Under the pieces are notes generated by a model. The model searched no databases, had not been told where the DNA came from, and saw only the letters and a list, made by a program, of their open reading frames with translations. The position numbers and the translations under genes are program-made. A stretch of 64,000 nucleotides of DNA from Asterias rubens. Its lineage: Eukaryota. This document shows, in pieces, positions 62,989 through 64,000 of this stretch. How positions within the stretch are numbered: the stretch's first letter is position 1; every line of letters begins with the position of its first letter. The DNA lies in assembly GCF_902459465.1 (NCBI RefSeq), contig NC_047068.1, forward strand, positions 11,532,001 to 11,596,000. The letters are read 5' to 3'.

Positions 62989-63274
62989 CTGGGCCTAATA
63001 GTTTCAATAGCGCTGCTTAGCGGCCGATTTTGTGCTTTCTGTCCAATTTCATAGCGCTGCTAACTGTTAGCACACGAAAAAGGCATGTTAACCTTCCGGT
63101 GCTTACCGCATGAAAAAAAATGACGTCACAATACAAATCCATGGAAAACGCGCAATATGGCCGACCAATTTTTCTGCTAACCTGTGAAATACGCTAAGGC
63201 TTCAGCAAATTTTTCTGCTAGAGTAAGCACGCAAATTTGCTTACCGTTAAGCAGCGCTATGAAATTGGGCCCTG
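62989..63274. mobile_element. Harbinger-like MITE R3 (reverse copy of the 20860 type)
   Basis: CTG ... ATGAAATTGGGCC-CTG. Confidence 0.7.
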
Positions 63275-63585
63275 ATCCAATGCTAAGTATTTTTTTAAAT
63301 ATTTGTGCGGTTCTTAGTCCGACAGAATAAAACGTGCAATTATTGGCTTTTGATGGGTTTTCTGGTGTTTCATGGCCGAGCTGTTAACAGCACCACACTA
63401 AAGCTCACGTTTCTGATCAGCAGAATGGGTTCAATTCCTGTCCTTAAGGTGATGCTTGTGTCCTTGAGCAAGATACTTTACCATAATTGCTTTGTCCTTG
63501 GCATGGGCCACATAATAGGACTGGTGGTGTGCGTAAAAGAACCCATGACACTTATCCTGGTGTTTCTGGTTCACATAGCAATTTA

Positions 63586-63762
63586 CAGGACCCAATTTCA
63601 GAAAATACTGCTAATTGCAAATTTCTTTGCTCAGCAAAAACTGAGTGAGGCACAAGTCACATCAATGTAAACTTTTTGCCTGGTAATCTGTTTCTGTTAA
63701 GCAATGCTTTTCTGCGCTGAGCAAGTTTTTTGTGCTTACATCCTTTATGAAATTGGGTCCAG
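63586..63762. mobile_element. Harbinger-like MITE R3 variant
   Basis: CAG-GACCCAATTTCA...TGAAATTGGGTC-CAG (direct TSD). Confidence 0.7.
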
Positions 63763-64000
63763 GTTTCCACCATGTTTGCGAGCTACAGTAATTAATTTCA
63801 CTCATCCTCGTTTTCACTAGAAAGTATGAAGAAATACAAAATTTAGAATGCCTTAGTTGGTATAACCACTAGTGGCTCTGAACTTGTCTACCACATTATA
63901 ACACTACTGTACATGTTTTTATGTGCAGGCCTACAGCCACCCCCCCCCCCAATCCCAACACAAGAAACTAACATGGTAGAGAGGCAGGAAGTTAACATAA

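Overview
AT-rich, intron-containing animal DNA. The repeat families suggest an echinoderm, probably a sea star; this is an inference. Two host genes lie tail-to-tail. (1) The last 11 coding exons of DNA ligase 1 (LIG1, + strand, 309-10935); all have GT-AG boundaries with consistent phases and include the catalytic KYDGER motif. (2) An intronless-CDS Tob (BTG/Tob family) gene on the - strand (CDS 24454-25515), with a probable non-coding first exon near 29.3 kb and a ~2.6 kb 3' UTR. A decayed leucine-rich-repeat (FBXL-like) pseudogene is suggested at ~58.2-59.9 kb (-). The rest is dense with non-autonomous elements: ~20 TTAA-flanked Kolobok-like MITEs, CNG-flanked Harbinger-like MITEs, tRNA-derived SINEs, two RTE LINE 3' fragments and several minisatellites. 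Most notable: a dispersed repeat family carrying degenerate minimal type I hammerhead-ribozyme motifs (Penelope/retrozyme-like), MITEs that reuse each other's target sites and termini, an unexplained structured-RNA-like segment at ~49.0-49.2 kb with two GNRA hairpins, and many CRE palindromes around Tob. Almost all ORFs in the supplied track are spurious (repeat-derived or antisense shadows). No prokaryotic systems or CRISPR arrays are present.
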